NCBI RefSeq assembly: GCF_037042905.1
Contig: NW_026974140.1
Coordinates: forward strand, 9,610,001-9,674,000
Direction: 5' to 3'
Length of the DNA stretch: 64,000 nt
Source of the DNA: Lytechinus pictus
Lineage: Eukaryota
In this document: positions 44,201 to 51,790 of the stretch, piece after piece
How the letters are laid out: every line of letters begins with the position of its first letter
How positions within the stretch are numbered: position 1 is the stretch's first letter
Notes under the pieces: generated by a model
What the model saw: the letters and a program-made list of their open reading frames with translations, nothing else
Databases searched by the model: none
Told to the model about the DNA's origin: nothing
Position numbers and translations under genes: made by a program

Positions 44201-46487
44201 ATGGATTTAAAGATGTGAAATGTGAAATTTTAGCAATTTTTTTTTCATATTTTTTTTTTTTTTTTTTTTTTTAGGAGCGCGATTTTTTGCTCTCCTTATT
44301 TTTTTCAAGGAGCGCGGTAGGAGCGCCGGCGCGATCGCGCTCCTCAAAAATGAAGGTCTGGAATAGAATTTTGAGATCGCGGTAGATCTACTGGCGAAAC
44401 TTCTTTAAGGACAAGTCCACCCCAACAAAAAAATTATTTGAATAAAAAGATAAAAATCCAACAAACATAAAACTGAAAATTTCATCAAAATCGGATGTAA
44501 AATAAGAAAGTTATGACATTTTAAAGTTTTGCTTAATTTCATAAAACAGTTATACATGTATGCACATCCTGATTGGTATGCAAATGAGGAGACTGATGAC
44601 GTCATCCACTCACTAAATATTTTATTGTATGAAATTTCAAGTGAAACAACCATTCAACCCCCTGAACATGTGGAATAAGCATTGCTCAATACTATATGGT
44701 TCAGTCAAGTCGGTCCTTATTGTCAAATCTGTAAAAAATGAAATATTATATCATTCAAACAATAAAAAACAAAAGAAATAGTGAGTGAGGGACATCATCG
44801 ACTGTCTCATTTGCATGTCACCAAGTTGTGCATTTCAATGTTTTGTGAAAAATAAACGAAACTTTAAAATGTCATAACTTTCTTATTCTACATCCGATTT
44901 TGATGAAATTTTCAGTGTTATGCTAGTTTGATTTTTCTCTTTTTATTCAAATCAACATTTTTTGGGGTGGACTTGACCTTTAAATTAACCTCAAGATTTA
45001 GACCTGAGACCTCTAACTGTTACAGCCTCTACCTTGGCTTGAGCCTAAGGCTAAGCCCTAATCTACTTCACATTTTCTTCAATAAATTTTAAGTTTACGA
45101 TTTTGCCTTCAATTTGCAAGCTATTAGGCCTAGTATTATTTGAATTGGTTTTTGTATAAAATGTAAATATTTTGTGAATGAAGTTTAACGGTAGCCTGAT
45201 CATGCTGATGAATAATTTTGAAATGTCAATTGTTAGCGCAGTTTGTTAATGTTAAAAAAAAATTTAATCATAATGTTGGACACCCCACATTACATGTATA
45301 AGTTAATATAAGAAAATATAACAAACAGTTCATGCAGGTAGATACTTGGTATACCCAGTGGTTGTGTGTCCGGACGGGTTGGGTTCAAGGGTGTCCGGAC
45401 ACATGACTTTTACTCTCAATTTTGAAAAGTTTACAAGCAATGTCTTTAATTCTTTTTAGCACAGAATATAAGAAAATATTATAAAGAACAAATATTGATG
45501 GTGAAAAAAAACTATTCAACCTATATTTTTGGTTTATTCCCGAGATAAAAACAAGGCTTCATTTCTGTTACGTGTCCGGACACCCAACCCCCCATCCTAT
45601 TCAATGGTAGGAATCCTCCAAAAGACCTATATGATGGGGGGACCTAAAGCTACGCACTTTGTTTCCAAACGATAAAAACTATGCCAATTGTAATATTTGA
45701 ACAATTATTTTTCACTAATTTGTATTAAATATTCTAAATATCCTTAACCAAGAAGAAAATATCACAAAACTCACTAATACGAAAATCCCGCCGTGTTTTC
45801 CGAACACCTCTTAATTTCGCCGCCCGATGTAGAAGGGGTCCTAAAGCTACGCACTCAATTTATCATGCAAAGAAATAGTATTTCCTGTGCCTCAATTTCT
45901 AAAATATGTCCGTATTATTATAGGAAAATATGAAATCAAAGTGAATATAACTCCGAAATTCCAAACATTTGCTGGTTTTCTCTGCATTCAAGGATTTATT
46001 GCAGCCTCTGTAAAAAAATTGAATAGGGATCGTTCGTCACAGCTTCACACACAGAGCTAGAGTGCGCATTTATTTTGCCATTGGAATTGCATGCGCGATG
46101 AGTGGTGCGTAGCTTTAGGACCCGCGTAGCTTTAGGACCCCCAACCATATACCCAGTTGTTGTGTGTCCGGACAGGTTGTGTGTCCGGACGATCAATTTT
46201 AGAAAGTCATTCGGAAAAAATTACACGCGAAGTTTCATCAATTTTTAATACAAAATGTTAGGAAATATTATAGAGAACAAAATAGTAGGCCTAGATGATT
46301 ACAACTATTGAATTCACATCTTTAGTGTAATCCAAAGTAAAAAAAGAAGGCTTCAAAAATATAAAGTGTCCGGACACCCGACCCCCCATCCTACTTGGCT
46401 ATATTATGCTAATAGTAATACTCACATTGGTTCCAACTTTTTGGACAGCCATGTCATCAAGTCCTCCACATTTTCAATAACAGGCAT
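14174..46487 (-). CDS. RBM26: RNA-binding protein 26/27 orthologue, complete 19-exon CDS span (1099 aa)
   Basis: 19 exons assembled by hand, all GT-AG and phase-compatible, total 3300 nt. N-terminal PWI (WLSKKLEPICDADPNALAKYV), CCCH finger (RCRDYDEKGFCMKGEFCPYDHG), two RRMs, C-terminal DDEEEEDDEEGRSWKR. Probably co-orthologous to vertebrate RBM26 and RBM27. Confidence 0.95.
14640..14972 (-). mobile_element. tRNA-derived SINE with its head interrupted by a small MITE (~14776-14952)
   Basis: Minus-strand A box AGCCCAGTTGGTAG at ~14956-14970 and B box GGTTCAAATCC at ~14744-14754, separated by a CCAGGGAGCGTTTCAT...ATGTAATGTTCCCTGA insert. Confidence 0.6.
14990..15190. mobile_element. hAT-like MITE with 6-bp TSD
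   Basis: TIR CAGAGATGCC / GGCAGCTCTG flanked by CTCCCA on both sides. Confidence 0.75.
16080..16205 (-). CDS. RBM26: RBM26/27 exon 18 (end of RRM2)
   Basis: ttcag|AVAKGYQFKGDSLSLAWHKQQ...EELEDEE|gtaaga, 126 nt. Confidence 0.92.
16328..16485. mobile_element. Harbinger-like MITE
   Basis: TIR GTGGGTGTTTCATAAAGCTGTT / AACAGCTTTATAAAACACCCAC; family copies near 29575-29757 and 32002 onward. Confidence 0.7.
17096..17684. mobile_element. TTAA-specific MITE (Kolobok-like, AGG..CCT ends)
   Basis: TTAA-AGGGGAATCCA ... TGGATTCCCCT-TTAA with long imperfect inverted arms. Confidence 0.85.
18553..18639 (-). CDS. RBM26: RBM26/27 exon 17 (RRM2)
   Basis: ttacag|SFGEIDNVEYNEDSRTYVLEFKTRQEAEL|gtaagc, 87 nt. 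Confidence 0.93.
19150..19953. mobile_element. TTAA-specific MITE (Kolobok-like) carrying nested insertions
   Basis: TTAA-AGGGG..TACTC / GGAGTACCCCT-TTAA; hAT-type fragment at ~19161-19257 and LINE 3' end at ~19590-19725 inside. Confidence 0.75.
20181..20396 (-). CDS. RBM26: RBM26/27 exon 16 (RGG region, start of RRM2)
   Basis: ccag|AQALGLLDNAGGSRGRGNPRSVRGRGRGRG...VVDKRPRGLVVGGFAPEDKDEVLVHFT|gtgagt. Confidence 0.94.
21116..21220 (-). CDS. RBM26: RBM26/27 exon 15
   Basis: ccag|AERELLDTELDLYNQQSEGGDTSELRKRVDELRRE|gtaaga; ELLDTELDLY is conserved in the family. Confidence 0.94.
21259..21540 (+). mobile_element. tRNA-derived SINE family A, full length
   Basis: Same head and core as 8561 copy; (ATT)-rich tail. 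Confidence 0.9.
21760..23288. mobile_element. Non-autonomous hAT DNA transposon (~1.5 kb)
   Basis: TIR CAGGGGAAAAATAC / GTATTTTTTTCCCTG, perfect 8-bp TSD CAATACAT, subterminal GAGCCAT repeats, no transposase ORF. Confidence 0.88.
23670..23822 (-). CDS. RBM26: RBM26/27 exon 14 (coiled coil)
   Basis: attag|ILIAKLEQGKSTITTLKRAEIMKSIKMLSENIEKTKKELMDAKPKPKDKKQ|gtgaga. Confidence 0.92.
23971..24155 (+). mobile_element. 5'-truncated SINE family A with a third tail type
   Basis: Core TGTGCTGCACTCGACCCAGGTGAGGTGAATGGGTACC then GCAGGGCCCGCTGGGAGAA...CCCTGGG tail; the same tail occurs alone on the minus strand at ~28893-28966. Confidence 0.8.
24882..25028. mobile_element. Short palindromic MITE
   Basis: ATTATATTGGATG...TGGAATACCAGA / TCTGGTATTCCA...CATCCAATATAAT inverted arms. 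Confidence 0.6.
25905..26183 (-). CDS. RBM26: RBM26/27 exon 13 (Ala/Lys/Gln-rich coiled coil)
   Basis: ctcag|VVVQPSNSTL...RKKQEEAKKL...KQELMNGFIQQQK|gtaatg, 279 nt. Confidence 0.93.
26205..26460. repeat. Degenerate (ATTT)n microsatellite
   Basis: Runs of TATT/TATTC. Confidence 0.8.
27360..27505 (-). ncRNA. Box H/ACA snoRNA, copy A (RBM26/27 intron 12), predicted 28S rRNA pseudouridylation guide
   Basis: On the host strand: hairpin, H box AGATTA (27442-27437), hairpin with CCCTTGT/ACAAGGG base, then ACA (27365-27363) plus 3 nt; 3' pocket AAATCAA / TCAAG; paralogue at 32830-32975. Confidence 0.85.
27977..28096 (-). CDS. RBM26: RBM26/27 exon 12
   Basis: tttag|NTTGENEPNQHTRKPAKHRIQLPTKKQLTVVRNHPAPSDK|gtaaga, 120 nt, phase 0/0. 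Confidence 0.82.
28359..29067. mobile_element. Tc1-family non-autonomous element
   Basis: TA-CAGTTGAGGCAAGAAGTTTACATACACCC ... GGGTGTATGTAAACTTTTGGCCTCAACTG-TA. Confidence 0.88.
29318..29452 (-). CDS. RBM26: RBM26/27 exon 11 (second half of RRM1)
   Basis: ttcag|IAYAQDLEAALVTFSTHLEAKKAYQSTEAVFNNRFVKVFWHIPPE|gtagaa. Confidence 0.95.
29829..30199 (-). CDS. RBM26: RBM26/27 exon 10 (first half of RRM1)
   Basis: ttacag|(E)LEEIG...LEVRKIPKDCNNITKLNEHFSKFGNIVNLQ|gtatgt. Confidence 0.95.
30705..30906. repeat. Inverted repeat / small MITE (~45-bp arms)
   Basis: GACCGCACAGAAACGTTGTTAG..CTAACA..GCTAACAG versus CTGTTAG..TGTTAG..CTAACAATGTTTCTGTGCAGTC. Confidence 0.65.
31403..31549 (-). CDS. RBM26: RBM26/27 exon 9
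   Basis: ctcag|(D)FQMEGYNPEDPSMEAQ...NLRTLVGIQTVPTTTRE|gtgagt; family motif GYNPExP. Confidence 0.9.
31589..31997. mobile_element. Harbinger-like MITE with nested hAT-like element (31761-31948)
   Basis: Outer TIR GGGGGTGTTTCACAAAAA / TTTTTGTGAACACCCCC; inner CAGGGC..GCCGTG flanked by GGTTAAG repeats. Confidence 0.65.
32086..32489. mobile_element. hAT-like MITE nested in a Harbinger-like MITE
   Basis: TIR CAGACCTGCCAACC / GGTTAGCATGTCTG; flanks AAATGA / ATATGA. Confidence 0.7.
32830..32975 (-). ncRNA. Box H/ACA snoRNA, copy B (RBM26/27 intron 8)
   Basis: Close paralogue of 27360-27505; H box AGATTA (32914-32909), ACA (32835-32833); identical pockets; similarity stops at the predicted mature ends. 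Confidence 0.85.
33277..33360 (-). CDS. RBM26: RBM26/27 exon 8 (Pro-rich, symmetric 84 nt)
   Basis: ttccag|(V)PQPPSSPPRECSPPPPPSETKNYASSQ|gtgagc, phase 1/1. Confidence 0.82.
33839..34303 (-). CDS. RBM26: RBM26/27 exon 7 (CCCH finger end, Pro-rich region)
   Basis: tacag|(E)KGFCMKGEFCPYDHGNDPVVVED...PDATIPPP|gtcagt, 465 nt. Confidence 0.94.
34685..34897 (-). CDS. RBM26: RBM26/27 exon 6
   Basis: ttcag|(D)SGRYDDRGRNRDRD...SSVITVV...RQRCRDYD|gttagt. Confidence 0.93.
35293..35468 (-). CDS. RBM26: RBM26/27 exon 5 (RD/RE-rich)
   Basis: ttgcag|(R)RRRRDDDRRRRDDRLDRYGPRRYGDRDRDRDRER...RGRDGR|gtagga. Confidence 0.92.
35520..35785 (-). mobile_element. LINE (CR1/L2 group) 3' UTR remnant
   Basis: Terminal stem-loop GGGACTTGCC..AAGCA..TGCTT..GGCAAGTCCC followed on the minus strand by TGGAAATAATAAA. 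Confidence 0.55.
35983..37024. mobile_element. pogo/Tigger-like non-autonomous element (~1 kb)
   Basis: TA-CCGTAAGTAACGGTCTATTAACCGCACC ... GGTGCGGTTTATAGTCCGTTACTTACGG-TA. Confidence 0.88.
37242..37366 (-). CDS. RBM26: RBM26/27 exon 4 (RS domain)
   Basis: ttccag|TVENDERDHRRSSRRHSRSHSRSKSRSHSPKNRSRSRSYSP(R)|gtactt. Confidence 0.92.
38685..38905 (-). CDS. RBM26: RBM26/27 exon 3 (end of PWI)
   Basis: ttgcag|(E)TQSFVDDLFVALATKSYIPG...RSRSSNRDV|gtgagc. Confidence 0.94.
39536..39990. mobile_element. TTAA-specific MITE (same family as 44408), right end truncated
   Basis: TTAA-AGGTCAAGTCACCCC start; internal CAAAATCGGATGTAAAATAAGAAAGTTATGACAT shared with the 44408 and 50945 copies. Confidence 0.7.
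40048..40166 (-). CDS. RBM26: RBM26/27 exon 2 (PWI)
   Basis: caacag|(I)CDADPNALAKYVVALAKKDKSADELRATCIDQLGVFLVN|gtatgt. Confidence 0.96.
40351..40660. mobile_element. PIF/Harbinger MITE
   Basis: TAA-GGCCCGTATTCTGAAGTCGGGTTTAACTT ... AAGTTAAACCTGACTTCAGAATACAGGCC-TAA (3-bp TWA TSD). Confidence 0.9.
40760..41765 (+). mobile_element. tRNA-derived SINE-like element interrupted by a TIR element (~41008-41668)
   Basis: A box TAGCTCAGTTGGTTAGAGC and B box GGTTCAAGTCC; inner TIR GGGTGATTTCAAGT / ACTTGAAATCACCC with GGTGTTG/CAACACC subterminal repeats. Confidence 0.65.
43544..44360. mobile_element. Fold-back DNA element with a ~400-bp internal palindrome
   Basis: Ends CAGTCCTTCA / TGAAGGTCTG flanked by GAATAG; 43860-44230 is a near-perfect inverted repeat bracketed by A and T tracts. 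Confidence 0.75.
44408..44979. mobile_element. TTAA-specific MITE (Kolobok-like)
   Basis: AGGACAAGTCCACCCCAA ... TTGGGGTGGACTTGACCT-TTAA with ~130-bp inverted arms. Confidence 0.85.
45350..46393. mobile_element. Cluster of three short TIR elements at the start of RBM26/27 intron 1
   Basis: Two related units TACCCAGT.GTTGTGTGTCCGGAC...GTCCGGACACCC.ACCCCCCATCCTA (45352-45599, 46150-46393) flanking a GGACCTAAAGCTACGCAC / GCGTAGCTTTAGGACC unit. Confidence 0.6.
46426..46487 (-). CDS. RBM26: RBM26/27 exon 1 (start codon)
   Basis: ATA ATG: MPVIENVEDLMTWLSKKLEP(I)|gtgagt; resembles the family N-terminus IIENFEALKSWLSKTLEPI. Confidence 0.94.
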
Positions 46488-47286
46488 TATTGTGTCCTTT
46501 TCCAGCTGAGCTTCGACTCTTCGTCTGTAATTCAATTGAAATTGCATGCACATGCACTTTGTGCACTAGGCCAGTGCAGTGTCGACTCGTGTAGAAAATA
46601 CTGACTTTGAAAGTTGATGTCCGTAACGTATGTTTTACGTAGTCACACAATTCGCAGAGACTCAGCAGAATCAGTGGCAGAAGAGCGTAGGTGCTTCAAT
46701 ATAGTTAAAAAAACAATTTCAACCACTATCTATTTGATAATATACACGCCATCTTTGACTCAATTTATGCGAAATTTGTGGAATTTTCAGTGTAGTCCCA
46801 CACATAAACGCACAATGCACGTTGACTCTTCACTTATTTTTCTTACGCTTGCGCACGCTGTACGTGCGCGTACAATGCATGCAGCTAAAGCACGTGCGCG
46901 CTGTTTGAAAAATTAATAATCGTGCCGTGACGCCTTATATTGGGGCCTTATTGCAGCTTTTTTTTTTTGGGGGGGGGGGGGGGGGGTTCACGGGAGTAAA
47001 ATACTTTCCATAGACTTAATTGTGTGTTAAAATGGCACTTAAAAAAAAATCATAAAAATAAGGATGAAATTAGAGGGTCGAATGTTTACTACCAGTTGGT
47101 AATTAACATCCGGGGGGGGGGGGGGCACTTCCATGTATTGACGAGTGGCGGGACGAGTGGATACAAAACACGTAAAAAGGATGTCTTTTTCAAGATAGGG
47201 CATGTTTCGTAACGTAATAAGGGCGCCAAAAACACTAAAGCTAAAATAATGAAAAAAGGGTTTATATTTCGCTATAGCAGGCTATA

Positions 47287-48055
47287 CAGAGTGAGTCAGA
47301 AAAAATGTCCCACTTTTGTAAAGTTGAATTGTTTAAAATATGAATATTTAATCATTAGTTTCATGATATGTCTTGATAGAGGTATCCTCCAAGTAGACAG
47401 ACAGACTGGCATGCTCACACACACGCACACACACAAACACACACAACACACATGGTAATAACTGGTTCATAATTTTCTCTTTTCTGATTAAGCATTGATT
47501 TTTAGCAAGATCGCTGAATGTTTAAGTGGCAATTCCCGACAATCTTTCCCCTTAAAACACATTCACTACCACCATCATATCATCATCATCACGGGCATCA
47601 TCATCCTCATTGAGACCTAATGACCTATGTTGTGGTGCGAATTGAGGACGAACCATGATTCGTGTACTTTTGCTACTGTAAAAAGAGGCTCAAGTGACTG
47701 CTGCCAAATCAGGCAAGCCCTTTTATAGGCAAGTGCAACAAAAGCACAGACATCCATTGTAAATTTTCATTGTTAACCAACAAAAGACATAACCAGCATA
47801 TTGGATTTATGTGCACTTGATGATGATGATGAAGATGAAGATCAAGATCAAGATGATGACAATGAGGATGATGATGATGATATGATGGTGGTAGTGAATG
47901 TGTTTTAAGGGGAAAGATTGTCGGGAATTGCCACTTAAACATTCAGCGATCTTGCTAAAAATCAATGCTTAATCAGAAAAGAGAAAATTATGAACCAGTT
48001 ATTACCATGTGTGTTGTGTGTGTGAGTGTGTGTGTGTGTGTGTGAGGGTGTGTGT

Positions 48056-48086
<31 letters not shown>

Positions 48087-48349
48087 AGCATGCCAGTCTG
48101 TCTGTCTGACTGTCTTTGTCTAAAGCACTGTTTTATTCATCACCCAGTAACTTGGCGCAAGTGAGATCTGACAGTCTTCTAAAGATTGTCCGATGTTCAG
48201 TCATGCGTGTACGGGATCAAATGAAAATGGTACTTGAATGTACTTGGAGGATACCTCTATCAAGACATATCATGAAACTAATGATTAAATATTCATATTT
48301 TAAACAATTCAAATTTACAAAAGTGGGACATTTTTTCTGACTCACTCTG
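47287..48349. mobile_element. Tc1/mariner-type element with long inverted arms
   Basis: TA-CAGAGTGAGTCAGAAAAAATGTCCCAC ... GTGGGACATTTTTTCTGACTCACTCTG-TA; arms inverted over ~300 bp including (CA)n/(TG)n and (CAT)n/(ATG)n; the left arm lacks a ~130-bp segment; another end at ~60739. Confidence 0.88.
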
Positions 48350-48495
48350 TATAGGAAAACTACGTGTTCGGTCCAATTTGCGAGCTAGGGTATAAAAAGA
48401 CTAAAATACTTTATAAAGGATGTACTTTGTTTTGCTCCAACAGGTACAGTACGTGTCCGATTTGTGCGAGGTGTGTGGGGGTGATAAACCCAGTA

Positions 48496-48805
48496 GCCCG
48501 TATTCTGAAGTCGGGTTTAACTTAAACTCTGGTTTAAAGTTGTGGTTTAAGTATGGAAAGCCAATTGTTACATAAATCACTAACAATATAGGTATCATAT
48601 TTCAGCTTATTTGGCTTTCAAATCATTCATAATTGTCGAGGAAGTATAAATAGATGATTGTCTTCACCAACGATGAATCAGCAAAGAGCGCAGTAAACAT
48701 AAGAAACTTACAACTTAATGAAGATTTTGACACTTTTGGCTTTCTATACTTAAACCCCAACTTTAAACCTGAGTTTAAGTTAAACCCGACTTCAGAATAC
48801 GGGCC
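48496..48805. mobile_element. PIF/Harbinger MITE (same family as 40351)
   Basis: GCCCGTATTCTGAAGTCGGGTTTAACTTAAACTC ... GAGTTTAAGTTAAACCCGACTTCAGAATACGGGCC; degenerate third copy ~62878-63121. Confidence 0.88.
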
Positions 48806-50944
48806 AATGAAGGTAAACCCGATGTCCGTGTCCAACAATTAAGATATCGTTGCAGAGTTCTTTAGGAGTCAATTCAGAACTTGTTAAGGGGTAGGGTTTC
48901 ACACGCCATACTTGTTATGGGTTGCATTTTCAGAACATGGAAAATAGGCTTGTTTAGAGTACTTTTCGAAACCCCATGGTCACACATGGTATCCACTCGT
49001 CATGCCCTATGGCTCCGGGGTATAGGTATACCACTGATCTGTATTCCATGGGGGGACTCAACTATCGGGCATTAATCCTCATTAAAAAAAAGTATTTATG
49101 AAGCCATCTCTTGACGGGATCAGATCGTCACTTAGAAATGAAACATTAACCCCCCTAATGTATAACTCCAAAGTTAAGTGTCTGATAATAAGGAAGTTCT
49201 TCATTAAAGCCCCTCATGCCATATGTGTAGATCGATTTCGCCCCCTATATTTTCCTACCCCTTGTCCCCCCCCCCCCCCCCCTGCTTTGGAGAATAACAA
49301 ATGAAACAGCGGAGCTACCGGAGATCATTATTAGTAGGAATATGTGGGCAGCTACTAGGGAGGTGGAATCCATTACTTCCGGGTCCACTCCAACTTTTTT
49401 AATTATAAAAAAAAACCATAACTTTAATTGAGGCACAAAAGACCTAAACACTTACTTCATAAACACAATTCACTGATCTGTATACTAATCCGGAAGTGTC
49501 AAAAGTTTTAGAGAATCCCTCATTTTTTTCATATTTTTTGTAGGTGTTTCTGCATTTATTGAAAATCCAATATATGAAACGCAGTAATCATAATGAATAT
49601 AAAGAAATACAAAAATAAATGAAATAATTACAAATTGTGACGATTACATAATAGAAGAATAATTTACATAGATATACATGTAAGCAATGATATATAAAAT
49701 AAAATGCAGTGGCCAGCTATCATAAGCAAAATGCTTGAGAGAATAGCAGCCATTTACTCTTTGTATTTCTTTAGTTTTTCATTCGCTTTTTTTTTGGGGG
49801 GGTGGGGTTGGGGGCTTTACCTCGTTAGATCAAAAATATAATTTTTACAACCTTACAAATCTCATTATCATTATGTACCAGCACAAGGGCTATATTATTT
49901 CTTTTTGATGGATGGATGGAGAGCGGTATGAGTGTCACATGGTATATGTCAAAATCTATAAAAAATTAGATTTTTCATTTTATTAGGCTCTACAAAATTA
50001 AGTACTGATCGAAAATACCATGTTTGTTTTGGCTTCTCGCTTCACTCGCTCACAAATGTTGTAAATGCACCGTTCGGGGGAAAAACTGAAGCCGCACATC
50101 TTTATTTCTTACTATGCCACCATGGACCATGATGCCACTATAGATTGACCTGTTGAAGACTCAAGATGATGATATCCAAGATGGCTGTGTCATTTAGGAG
50201 CGGGCGCCAGGGTATTTTGACAGGGGGTTGGGAAATTTTTTTCTGCAACGGGCTCAGTCAACCGTGGCCAATGAAAACTTATTTAAAAAAATTCCGATCG
50301 CCCTGTAAGCCTACACAATCCAAATGCGAAATTGATTAATTGAGTCATAATATCTTTTATGGACTGGTGATAAAATATGATTATCTTGATATTGGAATAT
50401 ATCAAAGGAAAACTTAACGCAAGCATTTTAACATGTTTAAACAATATTTCTGAAAGTTTTTTTTAGGGATTCAGATTGACCATAAAATTGTGAAAAAGTA
50501 TCAAAATTCATTTTGGGCTTTTGGTTTCAATAATCTGCCTTATAATTATGTAGGCCTATGCGAGGTCTCTGATCAGTAGGCCCATAATTATCTTATCTAT
50601 TTTTATTTCTTGCTGTACGGAAAATATTTTTGGTAAATTGTTGTCTAATCCCTATGGTAACGGGATGAAGATACCCAACTCTAAACCATATGAGTGGGAG
50701 ATGATGATCATTGAGTTACTGATGTCAATCAGTTATCGTGATTAACTGCACTAGATTAACAAAAAAAAGTACAGTTGTAATAAACAGTGCATATTGTCAG
50801 TGGGCATGGGAACCAAGGAGGAGGTGGGGGGGGGGGGAGGTAGGGGTTAGATGGTAGAAGAGGGGATCGAGAAAAGTTGCCAATATATATTGAGGTGCGT
50901 ATATCTACCCTATATAGATCCTTTCCAGAGATGAAATTTTAATT

Positions 50945-51790
50945 TAAAAAAAGAAGTCCACCCCCAAAAAGTTGATTTGAATAAAAAGAGAAAAATACAC
51001 TAAGCATTACAATGAAAATTTCATCAAAAGAGGATGTACATGTAAATAAAAAAGTTATGACCATTCTAAGTTTCGCTTAATTTCACAAAACAGTTATATG
51101 CACATCCTGCTGGTCAGTATGCAAATGGGGGGGGGGGCTGATGATGTCAGCCACACACCATTTATTTTGTATTTTATTACATGAAATTCAAAATATTCTT
51201 AATTTTCTCATCATTGTCATGTGTAACAAAATCTTAGTCCTCCCTAAACACGTAAAATTATAACCATTGTTTCAGGGGCGGATCCAGGATTTTTCGAAGG
51301 GGGGGGGGGCACATTATCCCGCGGATAAATTAAGCAAGAAAAAAAGTGTTTTAACAAAAAATTAAGGATATTTCGTCCACGACAAAATTTGACAAGCATA
51401 AAAAAGGGGGTCTTCACTCTCAAGGGATGGGGAGGGGGCACACTCCTGTTTTAACGGCATTTTTACATTACAAATTTTAATTGTGCCTCTCAAAGGGTGG
51501 GGGGAACGGGTCGGCCCCCCTGGTTCCGCCAGTGTATTGTTTCAAATTTTATGGTTCAGCGAACTTGGTCCTTATTTTCACATCTATAAAACTTGAAATA
51601 TTAGATAATTCAAACAATAAAAAACAAACCCAAAGAAGGAGTGAGTGAGGGACATTATCGACTCTCTCATTTGCATGTCACTGAGTTGTGCACAGAAACT
51701 GTTTTGTAGAAAATAAGCGAAACTTTAAAATGTCATAGCCTTCTTAATTTACAAAATCGTTATACTGAATAAAAATTGGGTGGACACTTT
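50945..51790. mobile_element. TTAA-family MITE with nested hAT MITE (51273-51534)
   Basis: Outer AAGTCCACCCCC / GGGTGGAC; inner CAGGGGCGGATCCAGG / CCTGGTTCCGCCAGTG with 8-bp flanks CATTGTTT / TATTGTTT. Confidence 0.75.
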
